64,000 nt of DNA from Camelus dromedarius (taxonomy: Eukaryota): contig NC_087447.1 in NCBI RefSeq assembly GCF_036321535.1, positions 47,122,001 through 47,186,000 on the forward strand, in the 5' to 3' direction. Below, piece by piece: positions 35,586 to 49,769 of the stretch. The notes under the pieces are model-generated. The model made no database searches. It saw only the letters and a list, made by a program, of their open reading frames with translations, and had not been told where the DNA came from. Position 1 is the first letter of the stretch, and each line of letters starts with the position of its first letter. A program made the translations under genes and the position numbers.

Positions 35586-38500
35586 AACTTCTAAACCATC
35601 TTTCACATTAAACATAAATCTGATCCTTCCCTCCCCTTAATCTTAATGGTTTCCCACTGGGGGATAGTTCTATTTCCTTAGCAGAGCTTATGTTAGAGGA
35701 CTTTGTTATCAGCTCCTGCTTCTCATTCTGACCCTTCAATCCATATCCCATAAATTCAGCTCTTCTGAACTACCTGCAATGTATTGAATAAAGTATACAG
35801 CTTCATACTCCGTACCTCTCAACATGCTATTCCCTCTTCCTTTCTCCCTCATCCATCTGATAAACTTGCATTCATCCTTTAAGACTTAGTGTACACACCA
35901 TCTCCTATACCATGCTTTCCCTGCCCTCCCCAGAGATTTAAAAGGTCTTTTCTTTGTGATCCCTTAATCTCCATTAATACACTAGATAGCAATTTTTTGC
36001 TAAAATGTCTGATTGCCATACTGACCTATGAGCTCCTTAAGGGCAAAGACCATGTCTGGATCATCTTTATTTCCCAGGTGCCTAGGGCGAGGCCTATGAC
36101 AGGAGAGATGCTCAGTAAGTGTTTGAAAAATGAGTAAGCAGACTCACCTAGGAGTTACATAGGATGCTGGAGCTGGAAGGGGTCCCTGGGATCAGCTACT
36201 CTAACTTCTCTATTTCACTATGGAGGAGAAAGGATTTGCCTAAAGGAGACAGGGTTTGTTGGTGGCAGAGCCAGAACTTCTGATCTTCAGCCCAATGCTC
36301 AGTCCCCTTCCCCAAATTGCTGACAAGAATCAGAGGGTGCAGTTTCCACAGGGGATAGCCTGAGGCAAAGCTGATTTCCTCAACATCTGGCAGTGCAGCC
36401 AGATGGGCAGACAGTGAAGTGGAACAGGAACTGGAGCTCTAAGTTTCCAGCCCCGACAACAAGCTAACAGGCTGTTAAAGGGAGGATGTCAGCACTGGAA
36501 AGGTTCTTTGCCTCAGGCAGCAATGGTGGGGAATTTAGGGATTCATTTGATGACGGCTGGTTAACACTGACAACTGAGCCATGTACTTGGCAGGGGGCAA
36601 GGAAAAGCCAAGAAAACAGGTAAGAAAGAGGCTAAGGGAAGCCCTGGGGAAGGTGCTATTAGGTTTCATAAAGCCCAAGTGTTTCTGAGGTGATGAGTCC
36701 TGGTGGTTGAAAAGGCAGTGGCACAGTGACTGTAAGGAGAAGCAAGATAGCTTCATACGGGAAGCTCTAAAAAGCCAGATATATTATGACACTAAGAGCA
36801 AGTGGGCCAGGAAGCAGAGATACTGCACCTCTGGTGGCACCCAAATCTACATGGCTTTGGAGATTTCAGCGCATCCAAGTATGTCCTAAACTACGTGTGG
36901 GGCACTGTGGCAAAGCAGGCAGGGCAAAGTAAAACATAGTCCTCGCTCTCAATTGACCACAGTCTAGTAAGGGGTACTGGCCCCAAATCCCAGGGAACAA
37001 GGAAGACTTTAAAAGGGAAGTGGCATTAGAGCTGGGGACTGACTGGCAGAAAGCATTCCACTAGGCTGAGAAACAAAGTCTTGAAGGGAAATGAGAGGCA
37101 GAAAGACCTGCATGAGTAAAGGCTCTAAGGTGGGAACACAGAATCAATGTTACCCAGTAGCTGGACTATTAGGGCGGCAGTGGGGAAAAAAAGTTAGGTG
37201 AGGGTCAGAATAGAACAACTCTAAAAGCAGGTTAAAAAATTAGGATGGGTAGGATTTCCCCTCATACCTTTTTTTTTTTTTTTAAATAAGTGAGCACTGG
37301 GTGCTTTTGGAGTTGATAACAGATGCTATAGAGTTCCTATATTGTAGAACCTACACATGCCCAATCCTGACAAAACCTTAGAAGGTAGGTGGCACGCCCC
37401 CATTTTCAGATGAGGAAGGAGAACCTCACAGTGGTCCCAGGTTGCCCAGGACACACAGCTATTAAGTGGCAAGGCTATATTCAGATCCCGACTCCACAGT
37501 TTATGCTTTTTCCTTGCGGCCTTTCTCAACTGGGTTTCTCCTTTGAATCACAAACAGGAAATTATTTGAATACTGATTTTCTCAATTCTCCCAAGAATGG
37601 TACATAACTCATACAACTTTGGATGCCTGGGGAAGAAATTAATTCCTTGTGTACAACAGATGCCTTAGAGCATTAGGGCTTAATTTTCCAGAGGAACCCT
37701 GGTTGAGAGAGGCTGCCATGAGGTTTTAGGAAAATGAATCTGGCAGTGGGATCACATCTCTAGGAGGAAAAAGCTGCAAAAGCACCTTAACAGCCTTGGA
37801 ACTACTGGGATAAGCCAGCTCCAGAGGCTTGAAGAAGGAGGAACCCTACCTTCTCTGATTACTTGTCTTCCCAGTTGTCCTGCCTCTCCTTCATCCCTCC
37901 AACCCTTTCTTGTACTTGGCAGTCAGTTGCTAAAGCAGAGCCTTCCTGCTTATAAGCCAGCAACACAGGCAGAAGCAGCATCTTCAGAGATGAAAACCAC
38001 ATAAGCCAGACCCACTTTTCTGTGAAGGTTGGAGGTAGAAAATTGGCACCGGTAAACCCATAACCCTTCCACAGAAATCCGTCTGGCAAATTCCCATTAC
38101 CCTCCCTGATAAGGCTGAAGCACGCCGTCCTCTGGGAAGCCTTCTGTAATGGACTCCACCACCCTGCTCACCAGGCAGAAGCAGGTATTTCCTCCTCTGT
38201 GTCCCCAGAGCCCCATGTCCAGGACCTTGCTGGAGCCCCTGCCTGCTGTCACTGCCTGTTTCCATATCTGTGTCCTCCACCGGTCTTGGAGTCTCTCAGG
38301 GTCAAGACAATTTACCAGATTCATCTTAGGACGCCCTGAGGCCCATGGTGTTAAAGATGGCAACTGGCTTACCTAGAGTCACACTATAGAGTTGAGATTT
38401 AAACCCAGGTCTGTCTGACCCCCAAGCTTGCGTTCTTTTCACCATATTACAGGTCCTCCCAAAGATGAAGAAGTGGCCTTTCTGTGCTAAGCACCCAACC

Positions 38501-38734
38501 CAAACCTCTGAAGAGTTCAGTGGTGGTGCTATCAGAGTGAATCAGACCTCCAGGAGAGGCTTCCTGACAGACAGAAGCCTTGACGTGTCCAAGGATCTAG
38601 ATAAGAAGACGGAACACAATGGTGTTTTAGGCAGGGTGGGCAGAAACAGAAGAAGGTATTACGTAGGGGAGGGGGAGGAATGGTATTTCAGCTGCCAGGG
38701 TGAGTTTGACTTCTTCATACAGTCATGGAACACT

Positions 38735-38950
38735 ACCTGTACAAGAGGCTTTTACACACATTATCACTAATCCTTATGCTCTCTAATGCCTGTGAAACTT
38801 CCCAGGTGTTACTTTACAGACAAAAAAACTAAGGCTTAGAGAGTTAAGGGGACATGTCCAAGCCAACAGAGCTAGTAGGTGGGAGAGCGGAGATTCAAAC
38901 CCAGGTTGGCCTGACTCTGAAGCCTGAGGTGTCCTTTCTATTACTCCATG
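38735..38950 (-). mobile_element. MIR SINE
   Basis: 'tttacagacaaaaaaactaaggcttagagagttaag...gattcaaacccagg'. Confidence 0.8.
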
Positions 38951-40904
38951 CTGCCTCCTAAGGGTCAGAGAACTTCCCACATTGTCAGACTGATGCTGCT
39001 GCCTGGACCTCCTCCCTCTTGCATGGGGACTGCTGGTCAGAGGGCAAGAGCAGCTGCCCTCTCTAGCTCTAACCTTCTAAGATCTGGGGACCCTACATCC
39101 CCATGGACTAAACAATTTCAAGGACAAGGGTTCTGTGTGGACCTTATGAGCACAGGCTGGCCCTGTGTCTAGGCCTGCCTTGGATCTCACAGAGAAAGCC
39201 TCTAAGGTACTGCAGCAAAGCCGGTGGCAAATATAGGCTAAGAAAGCTGGATGGCTAAGAAAGGCAGGAGGGTCTGCCTTCCCTGAAATCCTCTGGAGGG
39301 TGTCAGCTGAGGTCAGAAAACTTTGGAAATGTTACTAGCAAGAGCCCCTAGGACAAGGGAGCAGGATCCTCCCTCTCGGTTGGCTGGTCACATACACAGG
39401 CAGGCCAACAGAGGTCAAGGGGGGCAGGGAGGTCAGAAGATGGCAGGCCTGCCTGCCCTGAGTGACGGCCACTTGTTCAGGTCAGGAAGGGAGAAATAAG
39501 TGGGTTAATGGTTTTGGCCCTTGAGGCTGGGAGGCTAGGGCAGGGGGTGTAAATGTATTCTGTAAAAAGGCAGGTGGGCGAACTGTAAAGGTGGGGGCTA
39601 AGGGCATCTGTTCCAAGTAAACAAGCAGGAGTCATGCCCCTGGAACGGCTCAAAGGGACAGTCTTGGCCTGAGGGGTAAGAGTTGGGGGTGCTTCATAAA
39701 AGGCCTGTGCCTCTTCATTTCAAAGGTGTTCGATCTGGAAGCTGGGGAGAGGGACTCTTTTTAGAGTGAGTTCCCTATCTGTCTGGGGGCGACGGGAAGA
39801 GGGGAATGTAAACCATTGGACAATGGCTGGGGGGTACTGACTGATTATAAGGTCCAGCAAAGAGAGGCCCCATGGTGAACATTCCAATTCTTAGCTACAA
39901 ATGTCTCATCGGAGAGCTTCCCAAAGGACAGAGTGGGTAGCATCTTGCTTGAGGACGTTTTCTAAGTCCCTGCTTCTGAGAGCAGTGAGTTCTTGCTCTG
40001 AAAGCATCAGTCATCTTAGGCACTGTCACCATATCTATGAGCAGTCCTGCCCCTCACATTGTGCATGCCCCAGACCAAGACACACTCTGACTGTTCTGGG
40101 GCGGGCCCCTTGTAGGCTGGGGTATGGGCCAGGCCTAGGTCTTAAGCCAGTGTGGCTGTGGCTGACAGAGGGTGGCAGGATTTGGGTGTTACCAGGCAAT
40201 CCCTCCAGCTCAATCACATGACAAAGACTAGAAGATGAAATGGGGGTGTTGGGCTGGGGAGGCAAAGACTCTGGAACTGAAAATTTTCTTTGAAGACTGG
40301 ATTTTGAAAAAGTGATTGGCCACAGAGGACAGTTGGCAGACGTTACAGAGAAGGAAATTATACCTCATTTAAAAGAAGCTATTTCAACCAGAACTCTTCC
40401 ACAGAAAAACTAAATTGGAATGGGCTCCTAGGCAAGAAGTAGGGTTTCCTTCGTCCCTGACAGAATCCAAGGAAATGCCAGCCAGCCAGCTGTTGAAGAG
40501 GTTTCTGGAGGGAGAGAGGGCAGGCAATCAGGGCAACCAAGAGGACTTCTGAGGGCTCTTCTAGCTCCCAGGTGCTATGAAAAATGACCACTGACAAGGA
40601 GGACCTTGGTGTCCAGGCCGAAGAGAGGGTCTTTAGGCCTTTGAGAAGTGGCAGCGAGGGCATAAGCAGGCAGTCAGTGCCTTACTCACTCAGGCTTGGG
40701 CACTACACATCCTGGCAAGATGCTTCCCTCCCTATCCCAAGGAGAGGCTGGAGTGGGATGAAGAAACGGGACTGCTTGGGAGGTATCTGGCAGGGTGGCA
40801 GGTAACTCTGTATCAGATCTGGACAGGACCAGAGCAGCTTGAGTCTGGGGACGACACGTATTATCCCTCCAATTAAGTCAATACTCTCCAAAGGAAGGGG
40901 ATTC

Positions 40905-41150
40905 AATCATTCAACAAAGATTTATTGAGTGCTTACTGTGTGCCAGGTACTACGCTAGGTGCGGGGGATGTACCAGCCATGGTTCTTGCCTTCAGGGAGC
41001 TCAGAGTCAAGTTAGGGAGAAGGCTACTGAATACTCAAAAACAATTCCAGATTGTGACAAGTGTGATGACAGAAAAGGGTGTCATGACCCAGAGTTAACG
41101 GAAGGGACCTAATTTAGACTGGGGTGTGGGTGGGAACAAGGAGGATGTCT
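40905..41150 (-). mobile_element. L2 3' end
   Basis: 'cattcaacaaagatttattgagtgcttactgtgtgccaggtac...tgccttcagggagctcagagtc'. Confidence 0.8.
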
Positions 41151-41307
41151 TTGAGACCCAGGTTAGTAGGGATTTGAAGGGTCTCCTCCTTGTGCCACCA
41201 GCCTGCTCTGGTGGTCACAGGAGATAAGAGAGGACACTTTCAGGGAGAGTACCAATCAAGAAAACTCTCAGAGCATGTGCAGACAGGCAGGATGGTGTGG
41301 TACATCA

Positions 41308-41703
<396 letters not shown>

Positions 41704-42639
41704 TCACCTTCCTTCTCTTGGCATTTTAATTCCCTCATTCACTCATCTACCTACTTAATAAACATATAACGGCACCTACTATGTGTCTGGCCATCTGTGC
41801 TGGGAAAGAGGCCAGTTAGTTCCACAAATGTCTACTGACATCTATTATGTGGCAGAATTCATTTGGGGACACAGAAATGAATCAGAAATGGTCCCTGACC
41901 TAATCTGACAAGGGAAGCAGACAATAAACAGATGTTTACAGTATTGTTTAAGATAAATGCTGTTACAGGTATAACAGGATGACACAGAAAGCCAGAGGGG
42001 AGCTCAGCTTCATGTGGGCATGAAGAGAGGATCCCAGAAGTCTTGAAGGGTGAAAAGAAGTTATCCAGGTGAAGAAAGAAGGATAAGGTAAGACAGAGGA
42101 CAAGTAAGGGGGAGACAGAGACTTTTCTTAGCAGAATAGTAACACACTTCTCTACTCTGAAGATGTTTACAATCTAGTGAGTGTTTAATATTTTGTAAAG
42201 AACTTTTTAAGTTTATAAAAGCAGTTAAAATTTTGAAACTACAGGGAAGTACAAAGAAGAAAAAGCATCAGTATCTTAGCAACTTGAGAAACTGCAATTA
42301 ATATTTTAGTGCATGTCTTCTTATGTCTATATATAGGCTGGATAGATAAGAGATATACCTGCATGTATATCCTACTAAATACACATCTCTCTCTATATAT
42401 ATGCATATATATCCTACAAAACTGGAATTTACTATATTGCAATTTTGTAATCTGCTTCCTCCCCCTTAATAAACATACTGTGAACATTTTTTTGAAGGTG
42501 AGAAGAACAAGTATTTCCTGTGGTCAAAGAATCAAAACCCCTCAGATTCACTCTAGTGCTAATACTAGTGACTCTCTTTTTTCAAACTGATACAAAGGAA
42601 CCTAAAACCAGTTCTATCACTTTACAGGACCCTGTGGAT

Positions 42640-42722
42640 TGGGTGACCACACATGTCCCTGTTCACCTGGGACAGTCCTGGTTTATGCCTACTGTCCTGG
42701 ACAGTCCTGGTTTGGACAATAA
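42640..42722. mobile_element. MER96-like hAT MITE fragment
   Basis: 'gggtgaccacacatgtccctgttcacctgggacagtcctggtttatgcctactgtcc'. Confidence 0.6.
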
Positions 42723-44499
42723 CTAGGGGGGAAGGCTACTACCCTACTTCTGGGGCTTTGGGAACCGAGACCCCGTAGAACAATATCTATTCTGCTCAGG
42801 TGATGGGGTTTCCTTTTGCCTCATGTAAAAATTATTGGAGTACTTGTTTTACATTCCCTCCTGAGCTTAGTTTGTTGGGGGAGGAATTTGGGTCCTACCT
42901 ACCTGTAACTGCTTCTCCCCTAGTCCATGGCACAGGGCCTGCAGAGGGCAGGCTTCTCCTACCTCCCACTGGATAAAGGGATGTAATTCAGTCAAGAGGT
43001 AACCTTGCCTATATAGTCAAGAGCAACAGACAACTCTTAAACCATTCTTTTCCAAGTGATCTTGGAATGCAGTCTATGCATTTTCCCCTCCTGCAAAACA
43101 AACTTCCTATTTAAAAAGTCCCCAAAGCCAGAAGACTGTCATGCCTCTTCCTAATCCTAACAGATTTAACTTACTGACCTTCCGCTACTTTGGCTGGCAT
43201 GGTCACTTCACACAATTAAACTACTTAATTCCCTTAACTACCTTATATAGTAGGTATTATAATTCACATTTTATAGATGGAAAACTGAAGCACAGAAGTC
43301 ACATAGCTAATAAATGGTTGAGTGAGGATTAGAACCCAGAGTCCTCACTCTTTTTTTCCATCATATCATGCTACCATCCTCATTTTGCAAGAGGGAATCA
43401 GCCCAGAGCCCAGATATTCTGGTCCCAGCCTTGGCTCCTACTCCCTTTTCTTTCCCTGCTCAAGTGTAGGTGCCAGCACACTCTCTGTGGAACTTTCCCT
43501 ATTAGAGGCTGGCCTGAGGTTTGTAGCTGGCACCTGGATAAGCTAGCTCAGGTGGAAGCAGTTCAAATGTCTGGTCAAAATGAAGTAGGTGGAGTGTGTA
43601 ACTGGAAAACAGACCACACTTTCTTATGGTCTAGTGAATCAATGGTTCATCAACTCTTCTGCACCAGAGGCTCTCCAAACTGATGACCGCCACCCCTAGA
43701 GTGTTATCAGACCTTTCCTGGAGCAGGGAACACAGGAAGAGGGCCTCTGAGTAGCCCATTTGCAATGGCATCTGCATTTTTCTCACAAAGAGAGCCCTTT
43801 AAGGACCTAACTCAGAGATTAACTCTTAGTCACGAAGAGCCTTATCAAATCATGGTAATGGATCTCGTTCCCAGCTCACTGCAGATTAGAAGCAACCAAC
43901 AAGGCTGGGGAAGAGGCTTCAGAATCAAGCACACTGATTACAATCAGCTGCTGTCCAGGCAGGGCGGGAAAAGAAAAGCACAATAAAAAGCCGAAAGAGG
44001 AACTCACAGAATTCAGCACCACAAGAATCCCTCAGGCACCAGTGAATTGCCACAAAGGACATTAACTGCTGGATATAATGATGAACCTGAGGAAAACTGA
44101 TAGCTGGCTCAAGAAAGCAGGAAAGGTATAATCCATTTTACAAAGAAAATATTCATTCAACAAACAGCATTTAATGAACACCAATGCACAGTGATAGCTT
44201 CTGGAGATACTCTAATGAATAAGACACAGTTCTTGACTCTAAGAAGTTAACAGTCTAATTCAAGAATGAGACCTCTGAACGGATGAATTATTATAACACT
44301 GTATCATGAGCACAAGACAGAGCTATAATGTTACCATAAAAAGCAGATCAACTCAAGGGACACAGCTAGGCTATTTGGTTCAGGGACAAACATCAGTGGA
44401 GTAGCAGTGCCACAGCCCAGCTAATAAGGAACATACATGAAGAAGGCCCCTGTTCCCCTCTGGGGTCTCATTTCTCATCATCCTGTTCCTAATGTTCTT

Positions 44500-44870
44500 T
44501 CTTGCCTCTGAGCTTTTGTAAATACTATTCCACTGCCTGGAACATTTTCTGCTCTCCCATGCCTTTAGTTGGTTAACTCCAATTCACTTTTAGGCCTCTG
44601 ATCAAAAGTCACTTCCTCCAGTGATTCTTGCTAAGTAGTTATTCCTCCATAGAGCTCCCCTAGCATTTTGAGCATCTCCCAACTATGGTACTTATTACAT
44701 TCCAATGCAATCACCTGTTTACTTGATTATGTTCCCCACTAGACCAAAAGTGCAATGAGGACAGGAAATGTGACTGTGACTGTCTTCCCCACAGCTGATC
44801 CCCAGTGCCCAGAACCGTGCCTGGCCACAAATATGTGCTTAACAACTACTTGTTGAATCAGCAAATGAAC
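44500..44870 (+). mobile_element. L2 3' end
   Basis: 'ctgcctggaac...ccccactagac...cccagtgcccagaaccgtgcctggc...tgttgaat'. Confidence 0.75.
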
Positions 44871-44974
44871 ACATAATACATAAATAAGGTCCCAATATTA
44901 CCTTTTTTTTATAATAATAGTAATAACAACAACAACAATAATAATGATGATGATGCCAGTGAATAGTATTTAGC

Positions 44975-45205
44975 AGAGGTAGTACAGTGTGGCTGTTAAG
45001 TAAAGTGAGCTCTGGAGTAAGACCATGTGTGTTTAGCTCCCAGTTCTGAATTTACTGACTGTATAATCTTGGGTAACTTACCTAACCTCTCTGTGCCAAG
45101 TTTTTTTTATCTGTCAGTGGAGATGATAATAGTGCCCTCTCGTGGGATATGGTAAGGATTAAATGAGACACTGTGAGTTAAGGGGCTTGGAACAGGGCCT
45201 AACAG
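44975..45205 (+). mobile_element. MIR SINE
   Basis: 'ttgggtaacttacctaacctctctgtgcc...aaggattaaatgaga'. Confidence 0.8.
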
Positions 45206-45732
45206 TACCTCTTAGTCAACGTCAGCTATTATCCTTACTGTCTAGTCTTATGCTTCCAAAAGTGCATTCTCTCTGTGAAGAGAGGCTTGGGGAATTCTGC
45301 ATACACTGTTCCACTCTGAAAAGCATGGTTCTGAGTAAGAACCATCTATTTAAGTTGGCATTACTCAGCAGTTTCATGTTTGACAGCCTCCTTCCACTCA
45401 ACCCTGGTTAAAATCCTGCAGTACTGGTGTTCCATGGAACACTCCTCGGAACTGAGTTGTGCATAATTATCTATAAAGCACTTCACTTATTTATTTCAGA
45501 ATAACCTTGTGAGGTGGACGTTCACTCTCCCCATTTTATAGATGAGGAAGTTGAAGTTCAGTAGAGTGCCATGGTCAGTCAGCAGTGGAGGAGGACCCAG
45601 TCCAGGTCAGCTAGGCCCGTTTTGTGCTCTTAGCAGTAAGTGCTTTTCCCCACACCGCTCAGTTTTAGAAGCCCTGTCCCAGGAGACCTTGCTGAAACCT
45701 CCAGATCTTCAGAGCTCATACTCTTCTCTATC

Positions 45733-45762
45733 CAAAAAAAAAAAAAAAAAAAAAAAAAAAAG
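45733..45762 (+). repeat. Poly(A) tract
   Basis: Run of about 29-30 A. Confidence 0.9.
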
Positions 45763-47224
45763 CAGCTGAATGTGGAAAGGAGCTGTGGGAGAGGTATGAC
45801 ACATGCCCTCACATTCTTACCCACGCTCACTGAGGAACAGGAGGCAAACCCGCAGAAGCTAAAGTGACTCGTTCAAGGCTGGCTCACCAGCTGGCCACCA
45901 TGGTGGTCTTTTGAGGCCCCAAGTTTACAGCTGGTCTTCAGTCATTGAACTGTTCCCTTCCCAACAAAGATATCTACCAGTCTGCCTCCAACACAGGGTG
46001 AGATGGGCTCACGCTCCTGCTTTCCCTCCAAGCCAGTCATTCCTGTCCCTTCACCCTGTGACCACAGGGAGAATGACAGCATCACTCTGTCACCCTTCTG
46101 CTCCCACTTCTGCTTTTTGATGTTGCAAAGTCTATGCTGGGATGTCATGGCAGGTGTGCAACTGACATACACCCCGCAAGATTCCCCAGACTCAGCAGAG
46201 CCAAGGAGTCAGCAGAGGTGAAAGTAGTCTCTGAAGTCCTTCCCATAGCCCTAGCCACTCTGAAACTGCTGAAACTGCAAAAAAATACACTGACTCCCAT
46301 AGTGAGAAACAGTGATTTAAGGTAAAAGCGTCATACACTCCTGAATCTTAGCTCTGCCACTTACTAAATTCTCCAATCTGTAAAATGGGTATGACAAGCA
46401 AAGATTTGAGGAATACTAAATATTTAAACATGAGAATCAAATTTGGTAATAGGTTTTTAAAAACATTTCCAAAAACATTTACCAATCTACTTTCTCCCTT
46501 GGATTAGGCACTGAGGATGCAGAAGTTAATGTGACATGGCTCCTATCCTCATATTACTAAGTCTATGGGGGAGACTGAAAAAAGGTGTGTAAGGCAGGGT
46601 GGGTGGTCTCTGGATAATAAAAGCTTTACTACCGCTGACCTGTGGGGAGGAGAGGCAACTCTAGCTAAGAGTCTTTCTGTCAGGCTCAGCCTCTACCTGC
46701 CACGCCCAGGAACTTGTGCCATCTAATGGCATGCAGCATCTAGCAGTGCCTTTACAGATGAGAGCATGTCTGCATGAGAGGGAAACTCTATGACTAACCT
46801 GACAAACACAAGGATAACCTCTGAGGATCTGGTCTTTGAGGGTCCTTCCTACAGGAAATGATCACACCTAGGATATGGCGATTTTCAAATTAACATGTCC
46901 TCCTCTGTCTAGGAACCCGTAATGTATCGATATTCCTCTGTTTGACTTTCAGAGGCTCTCCTATCTAGCCCTAGTTAATGTCTCCAAATAGAATTTCAAC
47001 TCCTCCCTTCCTGTTGGTGAGACCCTCTATGATGATCCTACCCCCTGGTGATCCTACCATGAATCCTCAGTAGGCAGCATTGTGTATTAGAAAGAGCATG
47101 AAGGCCAGAGTCAGACTGGGAAGCAAAATTCACTGTATAACTTTGATCAAGTTACTTAACATCTCTGAGAATCTGTTTTCTCATCTGTGAAATAGATATC
47201 ATCACCTACTTCACAAGATTCAAT

Positions 47225-48120
47225 GGCAAACCCTATTCAAAGACGGACAAAGGAAAAAAAATGGACAAAGGATCTGAGTAGATATTTCTCCAAAGACGAT
47301 ATACAAATGGCCTAAAACCACATGAAAAGATGTTCAACATCATTAGCCAACAGGGAAATACAAATCAAAACCACAATGAAAAACCACTTCACATCCACTA
47401 GGATGGCAAAAGTCAAAAACACAGGCAATAACGCGTTGGCAAGGATGTGGAGAATCTGAAACCTTCATACAGGGCTGGGGGTAAATGTAAAATGGTGCAG
47501 CCTCTTGGGAAAACAGTCTGGTAGTTTCTCAAAAGGTTAAACATATGGTTACTATATGACCCAGCAATTCTACTCCTAGGTATAAACCCAAGAAAAGTGA
47601 AAACATTATGTTCACACAAGAACTTGCACTCGAACATTTATAGCAGCATTGTTCATAATAGTCAAAAGCTGAAATAACTGAAATGTCTCTCAACTGATAC
47701 ATGGATAAACTGAATGTGGTATAGCCATCAATGAAATATTGTTCAGCTATGAATAAGGAATGAAGTACTGATAGATGCTACATCATGGATGAACCTTGAA
47801 AATACGCCAAGTCAAAGAACTCAGTCACAATAGATCATATATTGCATGATTCCATTTGTATGAAGTGTCCAGAATAGGCAAACCTATGGAAACAGAAGGT
47901 AGATTAGTGATTGTCTAAGGCAAGGGAGAGTTGAGAGAAGTGGAGAATGACTGATAATGGGTATGGGGTTTCTTTATGGGGTGACAGAAATGTTCTAAAA
48001 TTGATTGTGGTGATGGTGTCAAAACCCTGTGAATATACTATAAGCCACTGAATTAAACACTTTAAATAAAGCGAACTGTTTAGAATGTGAATTAAATCTT
48101 AGTAAAGTTGTTATATTAAA
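47225..48120 (+). mobile_element. L1MB-like ORF2 end and 3' UTR, inserted in a MIR
   Basis: 'cacatgaaaagatgttcaacatcattagcca', 'ggatgaaccttgaaaa', 'gaaatgttctaaaattgattgtggtgatgg'. MIR halves flank it at about 47075-47220 and 48125-48180. Confidence 0.9.
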
Positions 48121-49769
48121 AATCTATATAAGGGACAGAGCACACTTCCTGGCATGTAGTAAGGATATAATAAATGGTAATAAATTTATTATTGTGCCAT
48201 TTCCTCTACCTAATGCCACTCTAATTAAGGCCAGAATCACCTCTCATGCTAACAAGGTAGAATGTCAGGCTCATTGCAGAGAGCCCATTTCATACTCGAT
48301 GGAGGGTCACAGGTGAGTCTTGAAGGCTAATATTATCAGTCTTTCTCCAATACTCAGATAAATAAATATATAACTCTTGGAGTAATAAAAAAAATAATGG
48401 TCTCCATTTCCTGAGCATTTACTCTGTACCAGATACTGTGCTAGGAACTTTACAACTATTTTCCTCACAAGACTCATACTAGGCTGTTATTATTCCTATT
48501 CACTAAACGAAGAAGCTGCCATTTAGAGGTTAGCTTGTTTCAGGGACTATGAGTAGTTAATGACTGAACTGGTCTGTTCAATGCTGAGGTTTTTACTCTC
48601 TTCTCTATGCAAGTACACGGCTTCACGATTTCTTCCTTTCGTTTATCTATGTTTTACCCACTCTTTACAACTCAAGAAGCCTGATTTTTACTGATCTCCC
48701 TTTCCTCTCTGCATTCTACTACCGTCTAGTCCACATCAAATTAGTTAACACTTTCTTTCACATAATCTTTTGTGTTCTCAGATTGCTTCATGTGTAACAC
48801 TCTTGAATATGGCAGGTGTTTGGTAAATATTTCTTTAGTGAATGGATGTTAATCTTGTTTCCCCAAGCAGAAAACAAGTTTTTGAAGGACAGACACTGTC
48901 TGATAGATTTCTTTATCTTTCATCTAGAGAATGGTCATCTAGGCTGGCCTATGCCTGGAGAGGACTAGACTCTGCTTAAAAATGGTTCTCACAGACACCA
49001 TGCTCTCTGCCCAAAGACTGGAAGGTTTCTCCTTAAGAACAGGACCCTGCTCACATCATTATACTTTATCATAGTACAGCATGGAAGCTGGCACACAGTA
49101 GGAGCTCAGGAAGGTTTGATGAATTAAAAAGAAGACTGGGTTAGCACTTATTCTATCGGAGACACATCAAGGGCAGCCTTCCCATAGAGACCCCCGAGCC
49201 CATCTTCTCTCACCCCCCGTGAAAGGGAAAGAGGAGAGCAGGAAGGTTGGTCTGGAAGCGTAAGCTGATAGGCTGCTGACCCTGCTTGTGGCCTCAGATG
49301 TTCAGTGTGGCAACCTCTCTGGCCCAGGACCCTCCTCGGACTGCAGACTCAGGTAGAGCTTTCCAGAACCCATGTCTCACCTGCACACCATCAAATGCAA
49401 AGAGTGGGGTAAACTCTTAATAATCTGTTACTCTGTTATCTATAGACCCATCAACACTCCGTCTGAACCTCTACCACCTCCCACCTCTCCTAACTCTCAG
49501 ACAGGTAACACGCTCACAGGGATCTACAGTCCCTTTGATTTGTCCAAAATTAGCCTGAGCTCACCTTCTCCTCACTCCCCTACCCTGACCTCGATCCTAA
49601 CCAAAGCAGGAGTCTTTCAGGCCCAGGGATTCTCTGGCAATAAGAGGAAGGAGCCTGCCCTCTCTGCTTCTCAGCCAGCCATGCTATTTGGTTGGCCAAA
49701 CTTGGTCCCTCTGTGCTCCCCATCTCTACACCAGCGTGTCTTTCCCTCTGACTTTTCTTCAAGATGTTA

